The notes under the pieces are model-generated. The model did no database searches. It saw only the letters and a program-made list of their open reading frames with translations, and was not told where the DNA came from. From Podarcis tiliguerta (lineage: Eukaryota): a DNA stretch of 64,000 nt. Below, in pieces: positions 49,512 through 62,700 of this stretch (its first letter is position 1; each line of letters opens with the position of its first letter). Where the stretch lies: the NCBI GenBank assembly GCA_965153285.1, contig OZ229110.1; one strand, 5' to 3'. The position numbers and the translations under genes are program-made.

Positions 49512-52201
49512 ATCATAGAATCATAGAATCATAGAATCATAGAGTTGGAAGAGACCACAAGGGTCATCGAGTCCAACCCCCTGCCAAGCAGGAAACACCA
49601 TCAGAGCACTCCTGACATATGGTTGTCAAGCCTCTGCTTAAAGACCTCCAAAGAAGGAGACTCCACCACACTCCTTGGCAGCAAATTCCACTGTCGAACA
49701 GCTCTTACTGTCAGGAAGTTCTTCCTAATGTTTAGGTGGAATCTTCTTTCTTGTAGTTTGTATCCATTGCTCCGTGTCCGCTTCTCTGGAGCAGCAGAAA
49801 ACAACCTTTCTCCCTCCTCCATGTGACATCCTTTTATATATTTGAACATGGCTATCATATCACCCCTTAACCTCCTCTTCTCCAGGCTAAACATGCCCAG
49901 CTCCCTTAGCCGATCCTCATAAGGCATTGTTTCCAGGCCTTTGACCATTTTGGTTGCCCTCCTCTGGACACGTTCTAGTTTGTCAGTGTCCTTCTTGAAC
50001 TGTGGTGCCCAGAACTGGACACAGTACTCCAGGTGAGGTCTGACCAGAGCAGAATACAGTGGCACTATAACTTCCCTTGATCTAGATGCTATACTCCTAT
50101 TGATGCAGCCCAGAATTGCATTGGCTTTTTTAGCTGCCGCGTCACACTGTTGGCTCATGTTAAGTTTGTGGTCAACCAAGACTCCTAGATCCTTTTCACA
50201 TGTACTGCTCTCAAGCCAGGTGTCACCCATCTTGTATTTGTGCCTCTCATTTTTTTTGCCCAAGTGCAATACTTTACATTTCTCCCTGTTAAAATTCATC
50301 TTGTTTGTTTTGGCCCAGTTCTCTAATCTGTCAAGGTCGTTTTGAAGTGTGATCCTGTCTTCTGGGGTGTTAGCCACCCCTCCCAGTTTGGTGTCATCTG
50401 CAAATTTGATCAGGATGCCCTTGAGTCCATCATCCAAGTCGTTGATAAAGATGTTGAATAAGACCGGGCCCAAGACAGAACCCTGTGGCACCCCACTAGT
50501 CACTCTTCTCCAGGATGAAGAGGAACCATTGATGAGCACCCTTTGGGTCCGGTCAGTCAGCCAGTTACAAATCCACTGAGTGGTAGCATAGTCAAGACCG
50601 CATTTTACCAGCTTCTTTACAAGAATATCATGGGGCACCTTGTCAAATGCCTTGCTGAAATCAAGGTAGACTACATCCACTGCGTTCCCTTCATCTACCA
50701 GGCTTGTAATTCTGTCAAAAAATGAGATCAGGTTAGTCTGACATGACTTATTTTTCAGAAATCCATGCTGACTATTGGTGATCACAGCATTCCTTTCGAG
50801 GTGCTCACAGATTGTTTGCTTAATGATCTGCTCCAGAATCTTCCCTGGTATTGATGTTAGACTGACTGGGCGGTAATTATTTGGGTCCTCTCTTTTCCCC
50901 TTTTTGAAAATAGGGACAACATTTGCCCTCCTCCAGTCTGCCGGGACTTCGCCTGTTCTCCAGGAATTCTCAAAGATGACTGCCAGTGGTTCTGAGATCA
51001 CATCTGCCAGTTCTTTTAATACTCTTGGATGCAGTTCATCTGGCCCTGGAGACTTGAATACATCTAAACTAGCCAAGTATTCTTGTACTATCTCCTTAGT
51101 TATTCTGGGCTGTGTTTCCTCTGCTGAATCATTTCCTCCAAATTTTTCAGGTCGGGCATTGTTTTCTTTATCGGAGAAGACTGAGGCAAAGAAGGCATTG
51201 AGGAGTTCAGCCCTTTCTGTGTCCCCTGTTTGCATTTCACCATCTTCTCCTCTGAGTGACCCCACTGTTTCTTTGTTCTTCCTTTTGCTACGAACATACC
51301 CATAGAAGCCTTTTTTGTTGCTTTTAACCTCTCTAGCAAGCCTGAGTTCATTCTGTGCTTTAGCTTTTCTGACTTTGTGTCTACACGTGCTGGCTATTTG
51401 TTTGAATTCCTCTTTGGTGGTTTCCCCCCTTTTCCATTTTTTGTACACATCCTTTTTTAATCTTAACTCAGTTAAAAGTTCTTTAGATAGCCACCCTGGC
51501 TTCTTTAGGCACCTTCCATGTTTCTGTCTCATTGGTATTGCCTGAAGTTGTGCTTTTACTATCTCCCTCTTAACAAACTCCCAGCCATCATGAACTCCCT
51601 TTCCTTTTAGTATTACTGTCCATGGGATCTCACCCAGCACTTCCCTAAGTTTTATGAAGTCGGCTTTCTTAAAGTCAAGAAATTGAGTCCTAGTATGCTT
51701 GGCTGCTCCTTTCCGTTGTATAGTAAACTTCAGAAGAGCATGATCACTTGCGCCTAATGATCCTTCCACTTCTACCCCATTAACCAGGTCATCGACATTG
51801 GTTAGGACCAGATCTAAAATGGCTGTTCCTCTTGTTGCTTCTCCCACTTTCTGGACAATGAAGTTGTCTGCAAGGCCAGTGAGGAATCTGTTTGACCTTA
51901 TGCTCTTGGCTGAGTTTGACATCCAACAAATATCTGGGTAATTGAAGTCCCCCATTACTACTATCTCCCTTCCTTTTGCATGCTTGGCCATCTGTTCCAG
52001 GAAGGCATCATCTATGTCCTCCGTTTGGCTTGGGGATCTATAGTAAACTCCCACAATGAGGTCACTATTATTCTTCTCTCCCTTAATTTTGACCCAAATG
52101 CTCTCACTTTGGCTTTGAGGTTCTAAATCTTGGATCTCTTCACAGGTATACACATCCCTGACATATAACGCCACTCCTCCTCCTTTCTTGTCTGGTCTGT
52201 T
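49512..52201 (-). mobile_element. CR1 LINE, 5'-truncated, young copy
   Basis: 3' terminal (ATTCTATG)n octamer repeats at about 49512-49543 and an unbroken ORF2. Truncated inside the endonuclease domain ([14 protein letters not shown]). Splits a palindromic MITE. Confidence 0.96.
49601..52174 (-). CDS. CR1 ORF2 (APE endonuclease, N-terminally truncated, plus reverse transcriptase)
   Basis: 857 codons with no stop. EN motifs GVYYRSP, MGDFN, LDLVL, SDH. RT motifs [30 protein letters not shown]. No true start codon. Confidence 0.9.
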   Translation of the reverse strand: MALYVRDVYTCEEIQDLEPQSQSESIWVKIKGEKNNSDLIVGVYYRSPSQTEDIDDAFLEQMAKHAKGREIVVMGDFNYPDICWMSNSAKSIRSNRFLTGLADNFIVQKVGEATRGTAILDLVLTNVDDLVNGVEVEGSLGASDHALLKFTIQRKGAAKHTRTQFLDFKKADFIKLREVLGEIPWTVILKGKGVHDGWEFVKREIVKAQLQAIPMRQKHGRCLKKPGWLSKELLTELRLKKDVYKKWKRGETTKEEFKQIASTCRHKVRKAKAQNELRLAREVKSNKKGFYGYVRSKRKNKETVGSLRGEDGEMQTGDTERAELLNAFFASVFSDKENNARPEKFGGNDSAEETQPRITKEIVQEYLASLDVFKSPGPDELHPRVLKELADVISEPLAVIFENSWRTGEVPADWRRANVVPIFKKGKREDPNNYRPVSLTSIPGKILEQIIKQTICEHLERNAVITNSQHGFLKNKSCQTNLISFFDRITSLVDEGNAVDVVYLDFSKAFDKVPHDILVKKLVKCGLDYATTQWICNWLTDRTQRVLINGSSSSWRRVTSGVPQGSVLGPVLFNIFINDLDDGLKGILIKFADDTKLGGVANTPEDRITLQNDLDRLENWAKTNKMNFNREKCKVLHLGKKNERHKYKMGDTWLESSTCEKDLGVLVDHKLNMSQQCDAAAKKANAILGCINRSIASRSREVIVPLYSALVRPHLEYCVQFWAPQFKKDTDKLERVQRRATKMVKGLETMPYEDRLRELGMFSLEKRRLRGDMIAMFKYIKGCHMEEGERLFSAAPEKRTRSNGYKLQERRFHLNIRKNFLTVRAVRQWNLLPRSVVESPSLEVFKQRLDNHMSGVL

Positions 52202-52329
52202 CTGGAGTCATAATCCATAACATCTGGAGGGCACACATGGGCCACCTGCCATACAGAGACTGGGTTGTATCCAACCGAATTTGGCTCAAAGTAAACTCAC
52301 TGAAATAAATGGGCCTACGTTAATCACTT

Positions 52330-52631
52330 GGGATGTGGGTGGCGCTGTGGTGTAAACCACTGAGCCTAGGACTTGCCAATCGGAAGGTCGGCGGTTCGAA
52401 TCCCCACGACGGGGTGAGCTCCCATTGATTGGTCCCTGCTCCTGCCAACATAGCAGTTTGAAAGCACGTCAAAGTGCAAGTAGATAAATAGGTAGTGCTC
52501 CAGCGGGAAGGTAAACGGCATTTCTGTGTGTTGCTCGGGATCGCCAGAAGCGGCTTAGTCATGCTGGCCACATGACCCAGAGTCGTTTGCAAGTGGACTT
52601 AACTGTCAGGGGTCCTTTACCTTTACCTTTT
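52330..52631 (+). mobile_element. Sauria SINE
   Basis: Family sequence. TSD GTTAATCACTT at 52319-52329 and 52635-52645. Confidence 0.9.
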
Positions 52632-54017
52632 TAAGTTAATCACTTACATTAATTTCAATAGGTCTGCCTTGAGTACGATTAACACTGGCTACATCTCAGT
52701 ATTCCCATACACCGGGCACCATACGACCTCAAAAGAGGGACATGTATGGATGAGGAGAAATGGCCTCAAAAGTCAAATTAAGAACCCTGACTGGCCCCAT
52801 TTGCCCAGGCCAGAGGTTCCCTAACCATGTCACAAGTGACTATCATATAGTACAACAAGACAGGCGATGGGGCCACAGTGAAAAAGAATCAGGTTTGCAA
52901 TAGCAAGGTGTTTGTGAGCCACCCTGGCAAGTGCTGCATCCATGGACAAAATATTTGCATAGCTAGATCAGCTTGGAAGGGGACACCTGTGTGTTTCATA
53001 TGCAGCATTCCCATTACAATACATGGAAGATGTGAGAAGGGAAGGACTGGACCCCAATGCTGTGTATTATAAATGGAAAAAGTGTCCTGGAAACATGGTC
53101 ATCCTTCGCAATTGATACAGTGCTCAAGTATCAAAGTAAGAAATATCTTGTGTTATAAATGACCTATCTGCTTTCCCTAAACAATATCTACATAGAATTG
53201 AAAAGCTGTTTTTTAAATGAATTGTACACCAAGGGTGGCTTGCAATCATTTACATCTACATTAAAAAATATAATCTTCACAGCCTGATTACCTATTCATT
53301 TCCCAGTTGTAGCATTGTGTACAGTATAGAAAGACTCAGAAGCCAGTCCCTTTGCAGCATACTTCTGTGTAAATGGCTTAGGACTGCAGCCTTTAACGAT
53401 GTGCAGGCGTCAAAGTACCAGGTTTTTTCAAGATCTGTATCACGCATTGCATGCCACCCAGAAGCCAATGCTATTGTATTAGCAAAGATGTATCGCCTCC
53501 TCCCTCTGCACAAAGCTATGCCTTCTCCAAAAGATGCTGAAGGGTAGCCAGACTGCTTAGTCAATGGACTAATGTCAGGGCATGATGAGCAAATGCTTTG
53601 TGCATCTTTCCTTTGGAACAGGCCAGCAGTTTATCTGTGTTGCTCCCTTCAGCTTTATGCGGACAGATAAGACATTCAATAAGACAAGATCTAGTTAACC
53701 TTTGGGAAGCCAGGCTCTTCTAGTTAATTAACTTTAAGAATAGCTTTAAAGTGAATTCTGTAAGGTCTTTAAACCAGATTGGTAAGCAGATATCACTTTG
53801 TCACTCCAGTCCAATGTAATCTAAATATTCCCTTGGGGAAAGGCTACAGCTCAGTGGTTCAAACACTGGAATCTACAGGAAAAGCTGGGGAAAACGCCTG
53901 GAGAACTGCTGCCAGTCACAACCAACACGGACCCTCCACTGTAGTCAGACTAGAACTCCTGTGGAGGCTGATGCCCATTGGATAAGTGAGGAAGAAGGTG
54001 GGGAGGCCAAATTGGGT

Positions 54018-54335
54018 GGTAAAGATAAAGGGACCCCTGGCCATTAGGTCCAGTCGTGGCCGACCCTGGGGTTGCGGCGCTCATCTCGCTTTATTGGCCA
54101 GCATGACTAAGCCACTTCTGGCAAACCAGAGCAGCACATGGAAATTCCGTTTACCTTCCCGCCGGAGTGGTACCTAGTTATCTACTTGCACTTTGATGGG
54201 CTTTCAAACTGCTAGGTTGGCAAGAGCAGGGACCGAACAACGGGAGCTCACCCCGTCGCGGGGATTCAAACCGCCGACCTTCTGATCGGCAAGTCCTAGG
54301 CTCTGTGGTTTAACCCACAGCGCCGCCCGCGTCCC
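54018..54335 (-). mobile_element. Sauria SINE
   Basis: Reverse complement of the family, complete head ending GTCCC. Near-duplicated flank AAA(T/G)TGGGTGG. Confidence 0.9.
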
Positions 54336-54537
54336 TAAAGTGGGTGGAGCCAGAGCCAATTATAGGAAAGGTCAACTAAGGGTTTATCCACACTTCCGTT
54401 TCCCCTGCTACTTCCTCTCAGGAAAACCCATGGTTTAGCACAGAATTGGAGCAAACAGCAAATTGCTGTTCGTTCTAATTTATAGATAAATAGTGGGTTT
54501 TCTGGGGGAAAGTGATGGAGCAAAGGCAAAACCACTT

Positions 54538-54712
54538 GGATCCTTTCCCTTCCTCCCCCACAACAAACACTCTATGAAGTGTGTGAGGCTGAGAGACTTC
54601 AGAGAAGTGTGACTAACCCAAGGTCACCCAGCAGCTGCATGTGGAGGAGCAGGGAAGCGAACCCGGTTCACCAGATTACGAGTCCACTGCTCTTAACCAC
54701 AACAGCACACTG
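54538..54712 (-). mobile_element. tRNA-derived CORE-type SINE (same family as 33184)
   Basis: High identity to 33240-33410. Confidence 0.75.
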
Positions 54713-54752
54713 GCTCTCTAGAAATGCACAACTGATGTTTAAGCTACATCCC

Positions 54753-56600
54753 TTTTTTTTTTTTTAATGCTTTATTGGTTTTAAAAACAAACAATACAAA
54801 ACAGTCATCAAAAATGATCACAAATCAATACTTATTACAAAAAAAGATTTAAGTTCACACATAACTAATTCCAACATGACTTCCAAATCCCCCATTGTGG
54901 TTCCTAAATTACTTTTTTGACTACGCACTTAACTTTATCTCTCCTAAGTTATTCAGTTGTATTAGTTTTGTAATGTTCTCTTATTTCATTTAGAGGTCAA
55001 TCCAGGCCTGCCAAAGAATTTAAGTTTTTATAATGTTCTTTTAGGTATTCTCTGTAAATGTTCCACTCTCTATTGAATATTTAGTCTGTATGGTCTCGGA
55101 ATCTTGCTGTCAATCTTGCTAGCTCTGCATATTCTAACATTTTGTTCTGCCAATCCAATTTAGAGGGAATAGAATTTCCTTTCCATCCCTTTGCAATTAG
55201 AATTCTTGCTGCTGCTATTGCATACATAAAAATTCTCCTTAAATTTGTTGGAATTTCGTTATTCATTATGCCCAGCAGGAAGGCTTCGGGCTTCTTAGGG
55301 AAGGAACATTTAAACATTTTTAAAAGCTCATTATATATTGTTCCCGCAAAATCCCTTATATTTTTGCAGTTGCACCACATGTGGATCATCATGCCTTCTG
55401 CCTCCCTGCATTTCCGACAAACGCTTGACCTGCATTTATACATTTTGGCCAGTTTTACATCTGTAGAGCATTTTCATGAAATTCACTTTCAAAGCATAGC
55501 ACGCAGTGAATTTCAGGTCGTCCCTCCATAACCTTTCCCATGATTCCATTTAAATATTGTAACCAAAGTCTCTGGCCCATTGTACCATTACTGATTTTAC
55601 TTCTTCCTCCTTGATCTCCCAGTCAAGGAGAAGTCTGTACATTTTAGAGAGCGGGGTGTGTTTTTTTTGGGGGGGTGGTTAGGTCTTTCTCGAGTCTTGA
55701 AAGTTCTGTGGGGAAAGTTTCTGTTTGTCCTTTGGAAATGTTTTGTTTAGTTGGAAATATTGCAACCAATCAGTCAAATGGTCCCAAATTTCTTCAATTT
55801 TTTAAAAATTTTAGCCTACGTATTTTCTTTTTCTTCCAATAGAACTTTGTAAGTTGCCCAATTACTTCTCATTTTTTCAACCAAGAATGCTTCTGTCGGG
55901 GATAGCCACCATGGCGTTTTTTGGCTCTAATAAGTCCTTATACTTAGCCCACACCATATATAACGATTTCCTAACCACGTGGTTCAAGAAGCCTTTGTGG
56001 ACTTTGACCTTCTCATATCTTAAATAGGCGTGCCAACCATATCTATTATCGAATCCTTCTAGTCAGTATTTTGTAGTGTCAACCATTCCTGGATCCAGGA
56101 GAGACAAGCCATCTCATGATACAGATTCAGATCTGGCAGTGGAAAAAAACCCCTCTCTTTAACATCAATTAATAGTTTGTGCTTAATCCTGGGTTTTTTT
56201 ACCCTGCCAGATAAATCTTGATATGTGTCTCTGTCAATCTTTGAAACAGATTGCTCCCCTGATCACTGGAATTGACTGGAATAGAAAGATCATTTTTGGG
56301 AGCACGTTTATTTTTATTGTAGAGATTCTTCCCCTAAAGCAGATGTTTAGCCTGCTCCAGATCTCCAAATTCTTTTTATATCTCCTTCCAGGTCTTGACG
56401 TAATTGTCCTGGAATAGATTGATATTCTTTGTCGTGAGTCAAATACCCAGATAATTTACCTTTTTTTGCTAATTTACAAAACCGCTAATTTCTTGTAGTT
56501 CACTTTTTTCCTGGATCCCCATATTTTTTTACCAGTAATTTCATGTGTGTTTTTGCTATTGAGTTTGAGTATTCCCCAATTTTAAGCAGATTTTAGTTCC
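54753..56600 (-). mobile_element. Degenerate L1-clade LINE 3' fragment
   Basis: Poly(A) tail seen as a T-run at 54753-54765 with an adjacent AATAAA. C-terminal CCHC knuckle CRKC...HMWCNC (ORF 55081-55443). Upstream remnants RISTIKINVLPKMIFLFQ and NYLGI, with many stops and frameshifts. Confidence 0.85.
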
Positions 56601-57693
56601 AGCTAATTAATCATCAGCTGAAACCATCAGCGGTACAGGAGGCGGTCCTATGAATTCCCTGGGACTTAAAGCTGAGCAAATGTGCATAGGACCGAGACCT
56701 GTGTCATTCCAGAAGGAGATGGTGCTTCCTTCTTTGCTTTCTGTGCATGAACCCTTTTCTAAGTTTTCAGCATTTTTGTTATAATTTGAAAATCAAGCAA
56801 GGCTGTTTAATGAGATGCTTTGGAGGGGTGGGAGTCAATTCTTAAGCCAAAATATTAAAGCTACAATTGCTTCCTGATTATGTTGATTGCAGCAATGCAG
56901 CTGACAGGCCCAGGCTAGGACTCAAGCACAGAGTATCTGCACATGATGCAATAAGATAGATCTGGAGAATGTGTATACCACTTTCCAAACACTGGAGAAG
57001 TGCCCTTTTGTAAGTAGCAAGATTCCCCCCCCCCCCTGCCAGCAGCCCTGTTCTGCATTATCTGAGAGACAAGAAGCTTGGCTGCTATGCCAGAACCAGA
57101 GCTGTTCCTACAACTACGCAATTGCCCTGAGAGATGCACTCCTCCCTCCCAGGTTCTAAGGGAGTAATTACAGGGCAGGTGACAGGGTGCTTGTGCTCTT
57201 CACAGATACGCTGCAGGGGATGGGAAGTGGGGGAAGCAGTCCTGGTCTGCCAAAAAGGCCTTAATCCACTGGGCCTCAAGAGGACAACTAGCTGAGGGGT
57301 GAAGAAAACAAAGGAGCACACTCAGCTTTCTAAGAACTGCATCCTATCTTTTTCTTGTTTCAAGTGTTCTTCAGCAAGGGTGTTAAAGTGAGCTTGGTAG
57401 AGCTTTCCTCAGCCTGGTGTCCGATGAGAGTTGTAGTCCAAAATATCTGGAGAGCCCTAGCTGGGGAAGATTTACTCTGAATAGCAATATTTTCACAATC
57501 GGCTTGCTGCACAGAGGACGTGTTGCTTCAGAATGAAAAGAGCCCATTTTTACAGGGTTGTGATCAAGTCCCCAGTGGTCTTCCACTATATAATTCAGGC
57601 AAGTAGCTGCATTCATCCAGGCCCAGAAAACCAAAATAATTTTCCCTCTCGAAATGTTTTAGCACCCAGAGTTACCATTTAACACTGGAAGAT

Positions 57694-57810
57694 CCCTGGG
57701 ATGGCTCAACTGGTAGAGCATGAGACTCTTAATCTCAGGGTTGTGGGTTCAAGCCCCATATTGAGCAAAATATTGCAGGGGTTGGACTAGATGACCCTGA
57801 CAGGGTCCTC
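57694..57810 (+). mobile_element. tRNA-Lys(CTT)-derived SINE with CR1-like 3' tail
   Basis: GGTAGAGCATGAGACTCTTAATCTCAGGGTTGTGGGTTCAAGCCCC is tRNA-Lys(CTT)-like, followed by TTGCAGGGGTTGGACTAGATGACCC. Confidence 0.8.
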
Positions 57811-59643
57811 GAGTCCCCACGGCTCCTTCCCAAAGCCTATTTAGTGCTTTCCCAGCTTGGGAGTGGATGTGGGAGGGCTCTAGGACCTTGCCAGAGCTTC
57901 ATGCCTCCTTTGCTTTTGGCCTTACTCCCCCACCACCCGCCCCTCATGACAAGGCAGTTTATGACCTGCAGGTTCCATGTCCTCTTGCAGCCCACTTAGT
58001 ATGAGAAGTTGAACTGCCCAGCTTAATAAGAACATAAGAGCCTGCTGGGTCAGGCCAGTGGCCTATCTAGTCAAGCATCCTGTTCTTACAGATGCCTGTG
58101 GCAAGGACTGGTTCATACTGGAAGGACAGGCACCCATGAGACACACACCTTTAGGCACCCAGAGACACACGCCTTTCCCCCATGGCTAGATCCCATGCCA
58201 TCCAGGCAACATTTAATAGTGAAATCACATAAGATCATGTGGGAACTTCTAATTATTATTGGCAAGGGTACAGAACTGGGATCCAGGAATGCTCTGGTAA
58301 TGTTCCGGTAATGTATACAATTGCCCTCAGATTTTCTTCTTGCATAACACTCAAAGCACTGCAGCACCCATGGAAAGCTTCTTGTCCATATGCCCTCCTA
58401 GAGAGTTGTCATGTTAAACTAGTGGGATCAGTAAAAATCATAGCTTTTTAAAAAAAATAATCACACATTGACCAGCAGTCAAGGAACGTGTAAAGACTGT
58501 GCTTGATAGCTGTGTACAGATGGTTCCTGTGAACATATCTGCCTGAAGATGGAACCATTTGCTGGTTGCTAAAATGGTTCCTCTCACACATCTCAGCAGG
58601 AAAAGCAAATCTTCTATAGGGGGAAGCTGATTAGGTTAACTAAGATATGGCTCTGCTAATCACGCTCTGTACACTGTCATTGGTGTCAGCTTCGTTCCTC
58701 CTGTTTGGTATCTAATCCCATCATGGGAAAAGGTGGATGGAGCTTTGCCACACATTTCCTGGCTTGAAGTCATGGGCAAAAGCCAAACAGTAATTTGAAA
58801 AACAAAAACCAAGAGTCTGCTCACAGGATCAGTCAGAGGAGCAAACACAAAGACATGGCAAGAGAAGCAGAGTGGACAGGAACAAATCCAGTCAATTAAG
58901 GGTTCAGGGAGTCATCTAACTGAATGTATCGTTACCATTCAGGAGCATTCAGTACAGGACTAGGATGATAAATTGCTATGGCCAGGCTTGCAATGAATTA
59001 ATGCATCGACTAATTAGATATGCAGCACTGTGGCATTACCCTCAGTAGTACCAGGATGAGACCTGTGCAGAACAGAGCCTTTCTTGAGACGATGGTTTTT
59101 TTTTCTTTTTAAAAAAGTACAGTATATTGGAATAAACCCTTAAGAAAGCAGATGATTTTCAATTATCCATTACTCCTGCAAGAGAGGCTGCGAGGGCTGA
59201 TTATTTCAAATCCTTTGTGTAAATAAATATACCTGCAGACATGATCCACCAAGCTGAATAAGTGCTTCAGCCATCGATTACAGCCTGCCCAGTGCTCAAC
59301 ACATACCCACTGACCAGTTTTAGAAGTCCCAGATTGGTGACAAAAGCAGGAGATTTATCAAATCCCTGGCGGATTGTCAGGCAGCATTTGGCTTGCTGGG
59401 TCACAAATGAACAGGCCTGATAACAAATGTAGGGTAGCAATTAGACCTTGAGAATCTGAAAGCCACAAAAATCCCAACTGATGCTGTTTTTGTAAAAAAT
59501 AAAAATAAAACCAATAAAAGCGGGAACAGTCATGGCATAGACATTTTCACTACCAACCCGCTTTCTGTAAGGTGAAAATGAATTTGCAAAGTCTCCTGGA
59601 CAGCCCAGGTAACAATTCTAAAGAAAAAGGTAGATGTGTGACT

Positions 59644-59780
59644 CATGGGCATAGCCGGGGGGCAGGGAGGGGCAGCTGCCCCCCAATCAATTAAAATAAA
59701 TAAAAATACATAGCTAACTGCGATTCTGCCCCCCCCAAAAAGGCCTGCCCCCCACAACAGAAATCCTGGCTACACCCATG
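59644..59780. mobile_element. hAT-type MITE
   Basis: TIR CATGGGCATAGCC / GGCTACACCCATG with perfect 8-bp TSD GTGTGACT. Confidence 0.88.
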
Positions 59781-62700
59781 GTGTGACTACACAGAATGTT
59801 TTGCGCTGCTAATGTAGCTACAGCCTCACTTTTCAAGAAACAACTTTCTTTACCACGTCTGTTTGTTGCAATCAAATCGACACAGATAAATGTGAAGTAT
59901 TAATGTATTGGGGGGTACAGAAGCAGTTGGCTGCATGGTAGTGAAAATCCCTTTGGGGTGAGATGTAAAAGAATCACGATCTCCAGCTGCGATCCAGCGG
60001 TGCCCCTTCTCCACAAACATCTGGAGGGAAGAAGTGCTTTGCACTGCACTGACAGGCAACATCCAGCTGCGTTTCCTGCTGTAGCTCTGAATCAGCCACC
60101 TGCGGCCAAGCAGCTTCCTCGGGGGGCTTGGGAAGGGGGTGCACCATCATCCTACAGCCTTGCGACACGGTTGCCAAACAACCAACATTGCTCTTCAGCC
60201 CTAAACACCTATTTGCCAACACACCGCATATGGTATTTTATTCACATACTTGTGATTATATCTCAAAATGACAAATCGCTTTAGCTGATATAGAGAACAG
60301 CTAGAGAAAAAAGTATGAACCTATTCGGGGCATTTCCTTACTTCTAAATGCCTGCAGCATGAGTTTTGCACATAAACATTCCTTTTTCATACTGCTTAAT
60401 GGGACACACTGTTGGGTTGCTATTTGCCGGATTTTGGCAGTCTTCAAAGTCATTAAGCAGGTGTGCTAATACCAGATCTCATCCCTGCCACCAATTTTGG
60501 TTCCCTGGTTGTGTCTCAGCCAATATTGTCTTGATCAATTTAGGGCAATTACAGACAGACTTCCATATGTATACGTACCTTGGGCCCTAGATAACTCCCT
60601 CCCCAAAGAGGCATGTCTGGCATGTTCATTATATCCTGACTTTTGACACTCGGGTGATTGTTTTAAGGACACATCTTTGATTTCAGGACTGCATGTTGTT
60701 TTGAGTTGTTATTGATATTGTGCTTTAAGGCTGTAAGCCACCCTGGGGCATTAGGGTGAACTGTGGACAATGTATTAACAACAACTGCCTTAGACAGTAA
60801 TATTAGGCAAGTAAGACATTTCTCATAAATACTAAGGTTCTGAATCAGCTAGCAAGTCCCACTGGTGGAAGCCCACACAAAAACCTTCACCACACAAGGG
60901 GACCTTCGCTCACCTCTTCCCTCTGTGCACCCCTGCCATTGGCTGCCCCCAGAGCAGCACAAAGGTGAAAAGTGGATGGAATTGTTTCATCTGGCAGAAT
61001 TATTGCCATTGTGCTATGTGGAATCCCTCTCTAAGTGTTTCCCATGTCCAGTAAGCTTTATTAGCTAGGCCAGGGTTTTGGAAACATGGGTCTCCAGCCG
61101 TTTTGGGACTACAAATCCCATCATCCCTAGCTAGCAGGACAAGTGGGCAGTGGGAAGCCATGGAGAAGGGACAGTACCAAGGCAAAGGAAATGACCTTGC
61201 TGAAGTGTGTTTGTGGCTGAACGGAGCCCCGGAACAATGGACCTTCTAGTTTGTATTGAAAGTTCCAAAGTTGCTTATGGACAACAAGCTAGGAAAGCTC
61301 AATCTGCGGCTGAGACACACAGCAATCCTAGGCAGCCAAAAGCCCACCAACAAGGTCCCAGTTAGTTATCCATAACAGCACTGCTTTTGTAAAAAAATAA
61401 AATTCATGAAAGAGGGTGCAGAAGTTTTTCACCACCAACCTGCTTTCTTTAGGCTGAAATTGAACGGAAGACTTTTTTTCAGTAACACATGAAAACCCTC
61501 CCCTGTTCTTACATGCAGAAGCGGCTTGATCCATAAACTGCCATTTGTGTGAACAGCTTCTATGTTCATGCAAAGTTTGACTTATGCCTTATTCCTCCCC
61601 TCCACACGCACACTCTGCAGATAATTCAAATGCCTTATATTAATGATGTGTTGCTTTTGACCCTGCATTGCAAGGGAACAAACTGCAAGCAAGAACTAGC
61701 CCATCCCGTTCCTGTCAATTAAACTGGAAGTCTCAAGACCCTCAGATAACTTAATTGAACAGATTAATAGACTGCAGCAGGTGGCATGTTTTAGCATGAA
61801 AACATTGCCCTTTTCTACTGAACCACGCCAACGATACGTCATTTCTAAATTTAGATTAAAAGGAATTGTAGTTAAAGGAAACCACGGTCGCCCATTGAGG
61901 TCAGTATACATCTAAACCAAGGAAACCTATTAAGCGTATTGCATTAGCCCTCGTTTTCACAGAGCCAGCCTCTACGGCACCCATGCATCAAACCCCTTAA
62001 ATGTTATATTCTCTCAAGATCATATTGTGACTGTCTGGATCTTCTGTCAGTTTGTATAGACTTTGTGAACTGTAAGTCAGACAAAGAAAGCCAATGCCAG
62101 GAGCACTTTTCATGGCAATATTAACTCCTCCACGTGACATATGTTTCTGTTCAAGAGCCGTGCTTCTAAATGCCACCAAAATCTTACAGCAGGGCATTCT
62201 GAGGCTGTGCCTTTCTGGCTTGATCCATGTATTAGAAGGCATATGCTTAACTTCAAGAGTGTCCGTCCTCCCATCCTTACCTGCACGTAGCCACCCTTTT
62301 CCACTGCTGGCATGAGTTTTATGCCCTACTGACTTCCACACTAATTACCTAACTAACTACCTTATAAGAAGCTACCAATTAGACAGCATATTTGGAGCCT
62401 CTTATGGAAACAGACATTCCCAGAATGGGACTGGCATCCCTTTCTTTGTCAATAGGTCTTCCTTTGACAATGGGTGCGTTTCAATAAGCTGGAGGACGAA
62501 TTCCCCACCTGCCCCGAGAGGGACCATCCCTACTCCTGCAAAGCTAGAACTCCTCGTGGCCGTTTTCCCTGACATAGGAGCCTCCTCTTTGTTCTCGCAA
62601 TCAGCATGAGCTGTGTAAACGTTGTAAGTTACAGGCACACACGCCAGGTTTTTATTGGCTTAGCAGTGTTTTCCCCAAAGAACTTTGGGATCCCCCTTTC

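Noticed and set aside
49512-49543. CRISPR-like or regulatory direct-repeat array
   Set aside because: It is the standard CR1 3' octamer repeat with no spacers, and the DNA is eukaryotic.
57694-57768. Functional tRNA-Lys(CTT) gene
   Set aside because: Several stem mismatches and an attached CR1-like tail mark it as a SINE head.
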